Shown: positions 33,207-43,392, counted from the first letter of the stretch. The stretch: DNA of 64,000 bases from an uncultured Burkholderiales bacterium (GCA_937949525.1 CALEDT010000041.1:42709-106708); one strand, 5' to 3'. Notes: generated from the sequence alone by a model not told the origin. Numbers and translations: made by a program.

Positions 33207-36019
33207 TAGCCCGCCAGCACCGCATCGAGCGGTCTGGGTTTGCCGACCGCATGGCCTTGGGCAAAGTCGATGCCGATGGCACATGCCTCCGCCAGCAGCG
33301 CATCGTTCTCGATGAACTCGGCGATGGTGCGCTTACCCATCAACCGGCCGATGCGGTGGATGGTCTCGACGAACACGCGGTCGACCGGATCTTCCAGCAT
33401 GTCGCGCACGAAGCCGCCGTCGATCTTGATGAAGTCCACGGGCAGGTTCTTGAGGTAGGCGAACGACGACATCCCGGCGCCGAAATCGTCCAGCGCGAAG
33501 CGGAAGCCGACTTCGCGCAGTTCACGCATGAAACGCACGCCGACGGCAAGGTGGGCGACCGCCGCGGTCTCGGTGATCTCGAAGCAGATGTTGGCCGGCT
33601 CGATGCCAGTCTCGCGCGCAGCGTCGCGAATGAACCGGGCCATGTCGTCCTCGCGCAGACTGAGTCCGGACAGGTTGATAAACAACATGGCGGCGCGCAT
33701 GCCGGCGCTGGCAGCGGCCAGCAGCTCGAAGCTGCGGCGCACGATCCAGCGGTCCAGTTCGGGCATCAGGCCATAGCGTTCCGCCGCCGGGATGAACATG
33801 CCCGGCTGTATCAGATTGCCGCGTTCGCCCTGCATGCGCGCCAGCACTTCGTAACTGGGCGGGCGCCCGGCATGGGCAAGGTCGCGGATTTCGTGACTAA
33901 ACAACACGAAGGCGTCACGCGCCAGCGCTTGGCGCATCGACGCGGCCAAGCGCATTTCGCCCAATCGTTCGCCGCCGTCTTCGGCATCGCGGCGATACTC
34001 GTGCACCCGGTTGCGGCCCGCCTCCTTGGCGGCGTAGCAGGCCGTGTCGGCGGCGACCAGGGCATCTTCCGCGCCAGGCGTGTCGGCATCGAGCATGACC
34101 AAGCCGATCGAGACACCGACGTCGAATACCCGGCCCTGCCAGGTGAAGCGGAAATCGGCGACGGCGCGCCGCAACTTCTCCGCGATTTCACGCGCGTTTG
34201 CCGGCGGGCAATGTTCCAGCAGCACAGCGAACTCATCCCCCCCGAGACGCGCCAGCATATCGTTACGACGCATCTGTTCCGACAGCACGAAACCCAGTTG
34301 CTTGAGCAGTTCGTCGCCCGCCAGATGGCCACTGGTATCGTTGACGATCTTGAACTGGTCGAGGTCGAGGTACAGCAGCGCGTGCACACCGCCCCCCTCG
34401 CGCGCATCCTGCACCAGGCGGCGCAGCCGGTTGTCGAACTCGCGGCGCGAGTACAGGCCGGTCAGTTCGTCATGGGTCAATTGCCAGGACATCCGCCGGG
34501 TCAGTTCGCGGGTGTGCGACACGTCGTGGAATACCATCACCACACCGATCAGCGTGCCGTCCCCGGCGAGTATCGGCGCCGCGGATTCGTCCACCGCCAA
34601 TTTCGCTCCGTGGCGATCGAGCAGTAGCGCGTGTCCACTGGAACCGACCGCGCGTTTCTCCCTACCGGCGCGCAGCACCGGGCTATCGATCATGATGCCG
34701 CTGCTTTCGTCATACAGCGGTGCGATGGTGTCCGCCGGCAGGCCCAGGGCTTCGATCTCGCGCCAGCCGGTGAGCCGTTCCGCCACGCCGTTCATGAAAG
34801 TGACGTTGCCTTCCGCATCGGTGGTGATGACCGCGTCGGCAATCGAAGCCAAGGTGACCTCGGCGCGCTCCTTTTCCAGGAACAGGCGCTGCTGCAGGGC
34901 CTTAAACTCGGTCACGTCGGTATGCACGCCGACGAAGCGTGCCGGCTCGCCGGCGGCATTGCGCACCATGCGGCCGCGGCTGTGGATCCAGCGCCAGGTG
35001 CCGTCCTTGGCCCGAGCCCTGAATTCCACCTCATAACGCTCGGTCTCTCCGTCGAGGTGGGCCTGCTTCGCGCGCAGCAGCGCCGGTAGGTCGCCCGGGT
35101 GCACCAGGGCCATCCAGATCTCCTCGGCGCTGCCCAGTTCACCGGCGCGGTAGCCGAGCATTTCGGCCATGCGTGGCGAATGGAACACGTCGCCGCGCAG
35201 CAGATCCACGTCCCATATGCCGTCGTTCGCGCCCTCCAGCGCCAATTGCAGACGTGTGCGGCTTTCCTCCAGTGCCGCATACAGGTGTAGCCGCTCGCGT
35301 TCCTGACGCGCGGCGACGCGCGCGCCGATGCCGATACCGGTCAGACCGAGCAGCCAGAACAGGCCATGGCTGACGCCGAGGTCGAGCAAGGCGGCCCGGC
35401 GGTTGGCCAGGTAGGGGGCCAGCGGCACGCTGACGCCGATCGCGCCGCGCAGATCCCCTTCCCGGTAGCCCATGTCGCCGTGGCACTTGACGCAGCCCGG
35501 CTCCATGTACAGGGCATGCAGGTAGCGCAGATGCGGCGCGCCATCGAGTTCCGCCACGGTCCAGGCCGCCTGCACCTCGCCGCGTTCGAAGCGGTGCAAC
35601 TGCTCACGCTCCCAGTCGTCCGGCGCATTGGCCGGATTGATCTGGCGCAGGCCGGTGATGCGTCCGCGCACACCGTAATCGCGCGAGTACTGCTCCATCA
35701 TCTGGCGCAGCATGGTTGCCGGATTGAGCAGCGTGAGCCGGCGTCCGTCCGGCGCGACCACGTCACGCTCGGGCAGATGCGCGAGCCAGGGCACCGGCGC
35801 CTGGCGCGGCGTGACCGGCACGTACACGCCGCCGTGCCCGGCACCCCAGCGGCGGAACGTGATGTCCTTGTTGAAGTTGGAAATCGCCTCGGCGCGCGCC
35901 AGCTCGACCACTTCGCGATTCTCCCGCTGCACGTTCCATGCCAGCGACAGGATCACGGCCAGGGTCCAGCCGGCGGCAGCCAACCCGGCGAAACGGGGCG
36001 TGACCGGCTTCCTTTGCAT
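33203..36019 (-). CDS. membrane sensor: periplasmic DUF3365-like CxxCH haem domain / PAS / PAS / GGDEF / EAL
   Basis: TM, CVKCHG, second TM, two PAS regions. Canonical DQFKIVND...RLGGDEFAVLL, then the EAL domain (YEVLARM, INLS, EITET, DDFGAG, KIDG). Confidence 0.9.
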   Translation of the reverse strand: MQRKPVTPRFAGLAAAGWTLAVILSLAWNVQRENREVVELARAEAISNFNKDITFRRWGAGHGGVYVPVTPRQAPVPWLAHLPERDVVAPDGRRLTLLNPATMLRQMMEQYSRDYGVRGRITGLRQINPANAPDDWEREQLHRFERGEVQAAWTVAELDGAPHLRYLHALYMEPGCVKCHGDMGYREGDLRGAIGVSVPLAPYLANRRAALLDLGVSHGLFWLLGLTGIGIGARVAARQERERLHLYAALEESRTRLQLALEGANDGIWDVDLLRGDVFHSPRMAEMLGYRAGELGSAEEIWMALVHPGDLPALLRAKQAHLDGETERYEVEFRARAKDGTWRWIHSRGRMVRNAAGEPARFVGVHTDVTEFKALQQRLFLEKERAEVTLASIADAVITTDAEGNVTFMNGVAERLTGWREIEALGLPADTIAPLYDESSGIMIDSPVLRAGREKRAVGSSGHALLLDRHGAKLAVDESAAPILAGDGTLIGVVMVFHDVSHTRELTRRMSWQLTHDELTGLYSRREFDNRLRRLVQDAREGGGVHALLYLDLDQFKIVNDTSGHLAGDELLKQLGFVLSEQMRRNDMLARLGGDEFAVLLEHCPPANAREIAEKLRRAVADFRFTWQGRVFDVGVSIGLVMLDADTPGAEDALVAADTACYAAKEAGRNRVHEYRRDAEDGGERLGEMRLAASMRQALARDAFVLFSHEIRDLAHAGRPPSYEVLARMQGERGNLIQPGMFIPAAERYGLMPELDRWIVRRSFELLAAASAGMRAAMLFINLSGLSLREDDMARFIRDAARETGIEPANICFEITETAAVAHLAVGVRFMRELREVGFRFALDDFGAGMSSFAYLKNLPVDFIKIDGGFVRDMLEDPVDRVFVETIHRIGRLMGKRTIAEFIENDALLAEACAIGIDFAQGHAVGKPRPLDAVLAGY

Positions 36020-36025
36020 GCGGCG

Positions 36026-36373
36026 TCAATCGGCGTCCAGCCACTCCTGCGCCAACCCCGGATCGTCGAACACGCGCAGTTCGGCATCGACGAACAGGCG
36101 ATTCAGCCAGGACAGCCAGACCATCCATTCGTCGGTGGTGACCACGGCGATCTTGCGAAAGTCGTATCGATGCTCGCGCGCGAAGCGCACCTCCTCCCAG
36201 GCGACGTCGAGCGTGTAGGTCACCATGTCGCGCAGGTCCATGAGCAGGTTGACGCCCCCCTGGAAGCGGATGTTGTGCTCCACATGCTGCTCGAATTCCT
36301 TGTAGTCGGCGAGCGTGAATTCGCCCATGACGGCGACGGAAACCTGGTTGTCACGGGTGCCGATGGCGATCAT
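36026..36373 (-). CDS. STAS/SpoIIAA-like (DUF3478-type) protein
   Basis: 115 aa. Pattern ...VAVMGEFTLADYKEF....RKIAVVTTDEW..W is typical of SpoIIAA-like small proteins. Stop lies 6 nt before the sensor gene start. Confidence 0.7.
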   Translation of the reverse strand: MIAIGTRDNQVSVAVMGEFTLADYKEFEQHVEHNIRFQGGVNLLMDLRDMVTYTLDVAWEEVRFAREHRYDFRKIAVVTTDEWMVWLSWLNRLFVDAELRVFDDPGLAQEWLDAD

Positions 36374-36431
36374 GTCGTGGTCCTTTCCGGTTCATCCAAC
36401 AAAGCAGTATGTCCGCCCGTGCGCGCCATGA

Positions 36432-37331
36432 TCACTCCCCGACCCGCGGGCGCCGGCGCAACGCCGCTTCGCCGCGCGCGCTGCCAACCGCGGCCGCGAT
36501 TCCCGCGGCGACGGTGATGGCCATGCCCAGCCAGGCGACCGGCGGCAGGCTTTGGTTCCAGATTACACCATCCAGCACGCTGGCGAAGACCACGGTGGAG
36601 TAGGCCAGACTGGCCACCACCACGGTACGACCGGTGCGGTAGGCACGCGTCATGGCCAGTTGGCCGAGCGTGGCCAGACCGCCCATGGCCAGCAGCACGC
36701 CGATCTGCAGGCCATCCGCCGGCGCGTGCCAGCCGCCGTCGATACTGGCCAGCAGCGCGGCGCCGAGCGCGCACACCAGGGCGAACCAGAACACCGTGCG
36801 CCATTCCGGTTCGCCCACGCGGCCGAGGCGGCGCACGTGGATGTAGGCGAACGCCGCCATGATCCCGGACCACAGGCCCAGCACGCCGGCAAGCAGGTCG
36901 CGCGCCGGCGCCCGCCACGGCTGCAGCAGCAACACCACGCCGACGAATCCCAGGGCGACCGTGAGGTACTGCGCGCGCGACGGGCGCTCGCCGAGTTGCC
37001 AGGGCATCAGCAGGGCCAGAAACAGGGGTGACGTGTAGTTCAGGGTCACCGCCACCGACAGCGGCAGATGGGTGACGGCGTAGAAGAAGGTCGCCAAAGC
37101 GACGAAGCCGACCAGACCGCGCTGCAGATGCAGACCGGTGTGCACCCCGAACACGCGCAGACCGCCGCGCCGGCCATGGCGCAGCGACAACGCGCCGAGC
37201 AACAGCAACAAGCCGATCACGGAACGGTGGAACACCAGCTCATGGCTGCTGAACCAGGCTGCGCCGAGCTTGACGAACACCCCCATGAGCGCGAAGCAGA
37301 GGCCGGCGCCCAGCATCCATGCGGAGCCCAA
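36432..37331 (-). CDS. DMT superfamily (EamA-like) transporter
   Basis: 10 predicted TM helices and a duplicated EamA architecture. TTG start at 37331 preceded by AGGGAG, immediately after the rmuC TGA. Confidence 0.85.
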   Translation of the reverse strand: MGSAWMLGAGLCFALMGVFVKLGAAWFSSHELVFHRSVIGLLLLLGALSLRHGRRGGLRVFGVHTGLHLQRGLVGFVALATFFYAVTHLPLSVAVTLNYTSPLFLALLMPWQLGERPSRAQYLTVALGFVGVVLLLQPWRAPARDLLAGVLGLWSGIMAAFAYIHVRRLGRVGEPEWRTVFWFALVCALGAALLASIDGGWHAPADGLQIGVLLAMGGLATLGQLAMTRAYRTGRTVVVASLAYSTVVFASVLDGVIWNQSLPPVAWLGMAITVAAGIAAAVGSARGEAALRRRPRVGE

Positions 37332-38711
37332 TCACGGCTCCCTTGCATCGCCGAACAGCTCGGGCGCGCGCAGCTCACGCGGTACCTGCTCCACCGGCGC
37401 CGGCGCGGCCAGCGTCGTGCCGACCGGCGCGGCGCGCAGCGCCGCGAACTCGCGCGCGGTCACCAGCACCCGCCCTTCCAGCGACGCGCTGGCCTCGTTG
37501 TAGGCCCGCACCGCCTGGCCCAGGCTCTTGCCCACGCCCTGCCAGTGTTCGCCCAGACGCGCCAGACGCTGATACAGGCGTGCGCCGAGTTCGCTGATCT
37601 GGCGCGCATTGTCGGCCAGCGCCGCTTCGCGCCAGCCGTGGTAGACGGCCTTGAGCAGGGCCAGCAGCGTGGTCGGGGCGGCCAGGATCACCCGGCGCTG
37701 CGCCGCGAATTCGATCAGTTCCACGTCCTCGCGCAGCGCGGCACTGAAGAACGCCTCGCCCGGTAGGAACATGACGACGAACTCGGGCGCCGGCTGGAAC
37801 TGCTGCCAGTAGGTCTTGGCCGCCAGGCGCTGCACGTGCTCGCGCACATGCCGGGCGAAGCGCGCCAGCGCCTCGGCGCGTGCGCCATCGTCGGGCGCCT
37901 CCAGCGCTTCGAGGTAAGCCGCCAGCGGCGTCTTGGCATCCAGCACCACCTGCTTGCCGCCGGGCAGGCGCATGACCATGTCCGGGCGCGCACCATCGTC
38001 GCTGACCTGCTGTTCGGCGAAATCGCAGTGCTCCAGCATGCCGGCCAGCTCCACCACGCGCCGGAGCTGCACCTCGCCCCAGCGGCCGCGCACCTCCGGC
38101 CGGCGCAGCGCGGTGACCAGACGCGCGGTCTCCTGGCGCAGTTCGGCCTGTGCCTGCGCCAGTCCGTGCAACTGGCGGCCGAGATCGCCGAAATCGCGTG
38201 CCCTCGCCTGTTCCAGCTCGCGCGTCTGGCCGCCGAGCCGTTCCAGCGCCTCGCGCACGGGCGCGAGCAATGCCTCCACGGCCTGCTGGCGCGCGGCGAG
38301 GTCGCCCCGCGCCGCCTCTTGGAACTGCGCCAGGTTCTCGCGCGCCAGCGCCAGGAACGATGCGTTGTTGCCCTGCAGCGCCTGCGCCGACAGCGCGCGA
38401 AAAGTCTCGGTCAGGCGTTGCTCGGCATGCGCCAGCAGCGCCGCCCGTGCCTGCGCCTCCTGACGTTCGCCCGCCAGCAGCGTCTCCAGTTCGACGATGC
38501 GCGCCTGCTGTCCGGCCTGGCGCTCGCGCGCCGCATCCAGTGCGCCCTGCAGCGTCTGCGCCTGCGCACGCGCCGCCTGCAACGCAGCCTCCAGCCCCTC
38601 GGCGCGCGCATCCGCCGCAGCCGCGCGCGCCAGCCAGCGCGCGCGCAGCCACAACAATGCGCCGCCGGCCAGGATCAGACCGACCGTCAAGCCGATGACA
38701 AACTCTTGCAT
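37332..38711 (-). CDS. rmuC: DNA recombination protein RmuC
   Basis: N-terminal TM, long Ala/Gln/Arg coiled coil, and C-terminal RmuC nuclease-like region (VVLDAKTPL...VVMFLPGEAF). ATG 38711 with GGAGG upstream. Confidence 0.9.
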   Translation of the reverse strand: MQEFVIGLTVGLILAGGALLWLRARWLARAAAADARAEGLEAALQAARAQAQTLQGALDAARERQAGQQARIVELETLLAGERQEAQARAALLAHAEQRLTETFRALSAQALQGNNASFLALARENLAQFQEAARGDLAARQQAVEALLAPVREALERLGGQTRELEQARARDFGDLGRQLHGLAQAQAELRQETARLVTALRRPEVRGRWGEVQLRRVVELAGMLEHCDFAEQQVSDDGARPDMVMRLPGGKQVVLDAKTPLAAYLEALEAPDDGARAEALARFARHVREHVQRLAAKTYWQQFQPAPEFVVMFLPGEAFFSAALREDVELIEFAAQRRVILAAPTTLLALLKAVYHGWREAALADNARQISELGARLYQRLARLGEHWQGVGKSLGQAVRAYNEASASLEGRVLVTAREFAALRAAPVGTTLAAPAPVEQVPRELRAPELFGDAREP

Positions 38712-38833
38712 GCACCTCCAACGGCGTCGCCGCGAACCAGCGGCGATGATAACCGCGCCGCCGCTCGACCGACGTGCATTGATCTCTCGCCCGTCCTGGT
38801 TCACGATGCCGCCTTTGCCCGAGTTTCCGCGTC

Positions 38834-39985
38834 ATGCGCGCTTCGTTCGACATCCTCATCCTGGGTGGCGGCCTCAACGGCGCCGCGCTCGCGCTGGCGC
38901 TGTCCGCCGGGCCGCACGACGTGGCCCTGCTGGAGCCGCGGCCGCCCGACCCGCCCGAGGACGAGGCCGCATGGGACAGCCGCATCTATGCCTTCAGCCC
39001 CGGCAACGTCGATTGGCTGCGCACGCTCGGTGCCTGGGACCAAACGCTGCGCGCCCAGGCGGTGACACAGATGCGGGTGCGCGGCGACGGCGACGGCGCG
39101 CTGACCTTCGATGCGCTGGACGCCGGGCTGGGCGAACTCGCCTGGATCGCCGAGAACGGCCGGTTGCAATGGGCTCTGTGGCAGGCGCTGCAACGGACCG
39201 GCCGGGTGCGGCTGTGCCGGCAGGCGGCGGAGGCGGTGACCTGGGGCAACGGCCGACATACGCTGCATCTGGCTGGTGGCGACCGCCTCGATGCGCGTCT
39301 GCTGATCGCCGCCGACGGCGCGCACTCCTGGCTGCGCGCGCAAGCCGGCATCGAAGTCGACACGGAGGACTACCGGCATGTCGGCGTGGTCGCCAACTTC
39401 GACTGCGAACGGGCGCACCGCGGCATCGCGCGGCAATGGTTCCGCGCCGATGGCGTGCTGGCCTGGCTGCCGTTGCCGGGCCGGCGCATCTCCATGGTCT
39501 GGTCGACGCCACCCGCCGAGGCCGAGGTGCTGCGCGCACTGCCCGCGCAAGAGCTGGCGCGCCGCGTCGGCGCCGCCGGCGATCATGCGCTGGGCGAACT
39601 GCGCGTGCTGACCGCCGCCGTCGGCTTCCCGCTCCAACGTCGACGCGCGCGCGTCTGGACACGCCCCGGCCTGGTGCTGATCGGCGATGCCGCGCACACC
39701 GTGCACCCGCTCGCCGGCCAGGGGGTCAATCTCGGCTTCCGCGATTCCCGGCTGCTGGCCGCGCTGCTGGCACGCGGCGGCGATCCGGGAGAGCCCGGGC
39801 GTCTGGCCGGCTACTCCGCGCGCCGCATGGAGGATGTCGCCAGCATGCAGTTCACCACCGGCGGCCTGAAGAAACTTTTCGCCCGGCCGGACAGCCTCAG
39901 TCGGACGTTGCGCAACTGGGGCATGCGTCAGGTCGATGCCTGCGACCCGCTCAATCAGGCGCTGACCCGCCACGCCATCCTGTAA
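38834..39985 (+). CDS. UbiH/UbiF/VisC/COQ6-family FAD-dependent ubiquinone hydroxylase
   Basis: DILILGGGLNGAALA (FAD), LLIAADGAHS, GDAAHTVHPLAGQGVNLG. Confidence 0.9.
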   Translation: MRASFDILILGGGLNGAALALALSAGPHDVALLEPRPPDPPEDEAAWDSRIYAFSPGNVDWLRTLGAWDQTLRAQAVTQMRVRGDGDGALTFDALDAGLGELAWIAENGRLQWALWQALQRTGRVRLCRQAAEAVTWGNGRHTLHLAGGDRLDARLLIAADGAHSWLRAQAGIEVDTEDYRHVGVVANFDCERAHRGIARQWFRADGVLAWLPLPGRRISMVWSTPPAEAEVLRALPAQELARRVGAAGDHALGELRVLTAAVGFPLQRRRARVWTRPGLVLIGDAAHTVHPLAGQGVNLGFRDSRLLAALLARGGDPGEPGRLAGYSARRMEDVASMQFTTGGLKKLFARPDSLSRTLRNWGMRQVDACDPLNQALTRHAIL

Positions 39986-40020
39986 CGCCGGGCATCCCCG
40001 GCACCCCTTCGGAGAACCGC

Positions 40021-40764
40021 ATGAAGCCGCCCCTCGTCCCCCTGCTGCTCGCCAGCCTGTTTCCCGCCCTGCTCAGCGCCGGCACGGCACGTGCCGGCGA
40101 AGCCGAAATCCGCGCGGCGATCGCCGCCAGCTTCCCCGGCACCAACATCGTGTCCATCGCCAAGGCGCCTCTGGCCGGCCTGTTCGAAGTGGTGGTCGAT
40201 GGCGATCAGGGACCGGTGGTGGTGTATGCCGACGACGCCGGCCGCCATGTGCTGATCGGCGATCTGCTGAGCCTGGCCGACAAGCGCAACCTCACGCGCG
40301 AGCGCATGGACAAACTGCTCGAAGTGAAATGGGACAGCCTGCCGTTCAACAATGCCATCAAGCTGGTGAAGGGCAACGGCAAGCGCCAGTTCGCCGTGTT
40401 CTCCGATCCCGACTGCCCGTTCTGCAAGAAAGCCGAACAGGAGTTCGCCAAGCTCGACAACGTCACCATCCACATCTTCGCGTACCCGCTGCCCATGCAT
40501 GCCGACGCCCCGCGCAAGGCGCGCCTGGTCTGGTGCAGCAAGGATCGTGCCGCCGCCTGGCAGGATCTGATGCTGCGCGGCAAGCTGCCGAGCGGCAAGG
40601 ACGATTGCAAGAACCCGATCGACGACAACCTCGCGCTCGGCGCCCGCCTGCGCATCGAAGGCACGCCGGCCATGATCTTCCCCAACGGCAAGCGTATCCC
40701 CGGCTATGTCGACGCCGCCCGCCTGGAAGCCATGTTGGACGGCGCGCAGGTGGCCAGACGCTGA
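40021..40764 (+). CDS. dsbC: thiol:disulfide interchange protein DsbC/DsbG family
   Basis: Signal peptide, dimerisation domain, thioredoxin fold with FSDPDCPFCKK, GTPAMIF. Confidence 0.88.
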   Translation: MKPPLVPLLLASLFPALLSAGTARAGEAEIRAAIAASFPGTNIVSIAKAPLAGLFEVVVDGDQGPVVVYADDAGRHVLIGDLLSLADKRNLTRERMDKLLEVKWDSLPFNNAIKLVKGNGKRQFAVFSDPDCPFCKKAEQEFAKLDNVTIHIFAYPLPMHADAPRKARLVWCSKDRAAAWQDLMLRGKLPSGKDDCKNPIDDNLALGARLRIEGTPAMIFPNGKRIPGYVDAARLEAMLDGAQVARR

Positions 40765-40861
40765 TACCGGGCAAGGGCGCGCCCGACCCTTGCCCCTGCC
40801 CGGCGGTCGCCGCAGGCACGCTGCGCCGTGCCCGGACACCCCTTCTATACTCGCGGTCATC

Positions 40862-41641
40862 ATGACCTCCGCCGCGACACTCGCTTCCGACTGGTCCACC
40901 TGGATGCGCACGCCGTTGGCGCGCAGCCTGCTGCTATCGCTCGCCGTGCACGTCGCCGTCATCGCGCTGCTGCGCCCCGCGCCGGGCGGCGACGGCGCGC
41001 GCCCGGTCATCATCCAGGCGCGTCTGATGGACATCGCCGCGCAGCAGGCGGCGCCGAGCGCGGCGCCGGTCGCCGAGGAGGCGCCGCTGCCCGCCATGCC
41101 GACCGAACCGGAGCAGGCGCCGCCCGCACCCGAGCCCGTACCGCTGACCACCCCGGCACCCTCCCCGCTTCCGTCACCACCTCCGCCACCCGCGCAAGCC
41201 GCCGAGCGCATGGCCGATGCCGCCGCCGGCGCGCCGGCACCGGCGCCGGTCGTCACCACGCCCACACCGGCGCACGATGACATCACCCGCACCGGGCCGA
41301 GCGAGGCATCGCCCCTGCCCAGTGTGCCGCTGGGCATCGATGACACCTGGTATCTGGCGCGCCAGGTCGATCGCCATCCCAGGGCCATCGGCAGGATCGA
41401 ACCGGAATACCCGGAGGAGGCGCGCCACCGCGGTGTGGAGGGCACGCTCAAACTCAAACTGCGCATCGATCCGTTGGGGCGGGTGCGCGCGGCGGAAGTG
41501 GTGGAGGCCGTTCCTCCCGGCGTGTTCGAGCAGGCGGCTCTGGCGGCCTTTCGCGATGCCCGGTTCGAGCCGGCCGTGCGCGACGGGCGCCCGGTACGCT
41601 ACGAGGCCTACATCCGCGTCGACTTCCGCCTGAGCGACTGA
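40862..41641 (+). CDS. tonB: energy transducer TonB family protein
   Basis: TM anchor, Pro/Ala-rich spacer, C-terminal [26 protein letters not shown]... Confidence 0.85.
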   Translation: MTSAATLASDWSTWMRTPLARSLLLSLAVHVAVIALLRPAPGGDGARPVIIQARLMDIAAQQAAPSAAPVAEEAPLPAMPTEPEQAPPAPEPVPLTTPAPSPLPSPPPPPAQAAERMADAAAGAPAPAPVVTTPTPAHDDITRTGPSEASPLPSVPLGIDDTWYLARQVDRHPRAIGRIEPEYPEEARHRGVEGTLKLKLRIDPLGRVRAAEVVEAVPPGVFEQAALAAFRDARFEPAVRDGRPVRYEAYIRVDFRLSD

Positions 41642-41655
41642 CCGGCGGGCGCCGT

Positions 41656-42996
41656 TCAGCGCGTACCGGCGCGGCCGTTGCCGAGCAACGGGTAATCGCG
41701 CGGCAGCAGCACCCACATGCGTCCGCGCTGCTTCATGGCCCCGGCCAGCCGGCCGGCATCGTCACCGTAGCCCCAGAAGAAATCCGCGCGCACGTTGCCG
41801 CGGATGGCGCTGCCGGTATCCTGCGCCAACATCAGCCGGTTCAGTGGCACCGTGCCGTTCGGCCGCGTGGTGGCCAGCCACACCGGCGCCCCCAGCGGCA
41901 CGCCGCGCGGATCCACGGCGATGCTGCGCTCCGGCGTCAACGGCACACCGAGCGATCCGATCGGCCCGCCGTCCTGGTTGGGCAGTTCGCGGAAGAACAC
42001 GAAGCTGGGGTTGGCGTTGAGCAGCTCCGGCAGGCGCTCGGGATTGCGCCGGCCCCAGTCCTTGATGCCCTGCATCGATGCCTTGTCGGCACTGAGTTCG
42101 CCCCGTTCGATCAGCCAGCGGCCGATCGACACATAGGGGTGGCCGTTCTGATCCGCATAGCCGATGCGCATGACCTCGCCGTTCTCCAGTTGCAGCCTTC
42201 CCGAGCCCTGCACCTGCAGGAAGAACAGCTCGACCGGATCGTCCACCCAGGCCACTTCCTTGCCGCGCAACGGCGCGGCGCCGGCCTCGATCTCGGCGCG
42301 GGTGTAGTACGGCACCACCCGGTTGCCCTGCAGCCGACCGCGCAGACGCAGGCTCCTCAACTCCGGATAGAGCGCGGCGAGATCGACCACCAGCAGGTCA
42401 TCGGGCGGGGCATACAGCGGATAACGATAGCGGGCGCTAGAGCTGCGGCTACCACGCAGCAGCGGTTCGTAATAACCCGTCACCAGCCCCTCGTCTCCGC
42501 CATCGGCCTGGCTCACACGCCAAGGCTGGAAGTGCTGTTCGAAGAACGCCCGCGCGGCCGCGTCACCGGGCGCGGCCGGCAACCGTTGGGCGGCCAGGCA
42601 CACGCCGGTCCAGGCACCATTGCTGCGCAGCCCGCGACAGGATTGCAGCAGGGCCGGCCAGGCCTGGGCATGGGCGTCGTCCGGCCAGCCCGGCAGTTGC
42701 GCCCAGTTGGCCGCCACCAGCCAGGGCATGGCCACCGGCGACGGCCGGGTCGCCTCGGGCGGCGCCGGCGGCGACGGTGGTGTCGGAGGAGGCGCTTGCG
42801 GCGCTGCCGGCGGCGGCATCTCCGGCGGAGCCGGCGCCTCGGGCGGGGCCGGCGCCTCGGGCGGGGCCGGCGCCTCGGGCGGGGCCGGCGCCTCGGGCGG
42901 GGCCGGCGCCTCGGGCGCCGGTCGCGGCTTCAGCGGCGGCATGCCAGCCATGCACCCGCCCAGCAACGCCAGGAAGAGAAGAACTGCCGGACGCAT
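41656..42996 (-). CDS. mltA: membrane-bound lytic murein transglycosylase A (lipoprotein)
   Basis: Lipobox LLGGC, (APAPPE)x5 linker, MltA/3D domains (TGYYEP..., GRMWVLLPR). Confidence 0.9.
   Translation of the reverse strand: MRPAVLLFLALLGGCMAGMPPLKPRPAPEAPAPPEAPAPPEAPAPPEAPAPPEAPAPPEMPPPAAPQAPPPTPPSPPAPPEATRPSPVAMPWLVAANWAQLPGWPDDAHAQAWPALLQSCRGLRSNGAWTGVCLAAQRLPAAPGDAAARAFFEQHFQPWRVSQADGGDEGLVTGYYEPLLRGSRSSSARYRYPLYAPPDDLLVVDLAALYPELRSLRLRGRLQGNRVVPYYTRAEIEAGAAPLRGKEVAWVDDPVELFFLQVQGSGRLQLENGEVMRIGYADQNGHPYVSIGRWLIERGELSADKASMQGIKDWGRRNPERLPELLNANPSFVFFRELPNQDGGPIGSLGVPLTPERSIAVDPRGVPLGAPVWLATTRPNGTVPLNRLMLAQDTGSAIRGNVRADFFWGYGDDAGRLAGAMKQRGRMWVLLPRDYPLLGNGRAGTR
42831..42920. repeat. 18-bp tandem repeat x5 inside mltA (encodes APAPPE x5)
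   Basis: ccggcgcctcgggcgggg is repeated four times perfectly plus one diverged copy. Confidence 0.9.
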
Positions 42997-43008
42997 GCGG
43001 CCGCCCGT

Positions 43009-43392
43009 TCAGTGCAGCACGCGCGGCACGGCCAGGATGAACTCGGGAATCTCCGCCTCGAACTGGCTGCCGTCCTCCGCCACCATCTGGTAGCTGCCCT
43101 TCATGGCCCCCACCGGCGTGGCGATGGCGGTGCCGCTGGTGTATTCGAAACGGTCGCCGGGCTTCAGCAACGGCTGTTCACCCACCACGCCCAGGCCGCG
43201 CACCTCCTGCGTCTTGTCGTGCGCGTCGGTGATCACCCAATGGCGCGAGATCAGTTGCGCCGCGACCTGCCCGGTATTGGCGATGGTGATCGTATAAGCG
43301 AACACGTAGCGATTGCTGGCTTCGTCCGATTGATCCGGAACGAAACGCGTCGTGGCGCTCACGGTGATCTGGTATTTCCTTGCTTCGGCCAT
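43009..43392 (-). CDS. apaG: Co2+/Mg2+ efflux-associated protein ApaG
   Basis: [13 protein letters not shown]...[11 protein letters not shown]...PGD.F.YTSG. ATG at 43392. Confidence 0.93.
   Translation of the reverse strand: MAEARKYQITVSATTRFVPDQSDEASNRYVFAYTITIANTGQVAAQLISRHWVITDAHDKTQEVRGLGVVGEQPLLKPGDRFEYTSGTAIATPVGAMKGSYQMVAEDGSQFEAEIPEFILAVPRVLH

Noticed and set aside
37329-37337. rmuC and the DMT transporter are in the same frame, separated only by TGA (…GAG CCG TGA TTG GGC…), suggesting stop-codon read-through, selenocysteine or a fusion.
   Set aside because: AGGGAG sits 6 nt before the TTG, giving a normal coupled restart. No SECIS-like hairpin follows, and the two products are unrelated full-length families.
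42831-42920. Regularly spaced identical repeats considered as a CRISPR array.
   Set aside because: The units are contiguous 18-mers with no spacers, they lie inside the mltA reading frame, and they encode a Pro/Ala linker.
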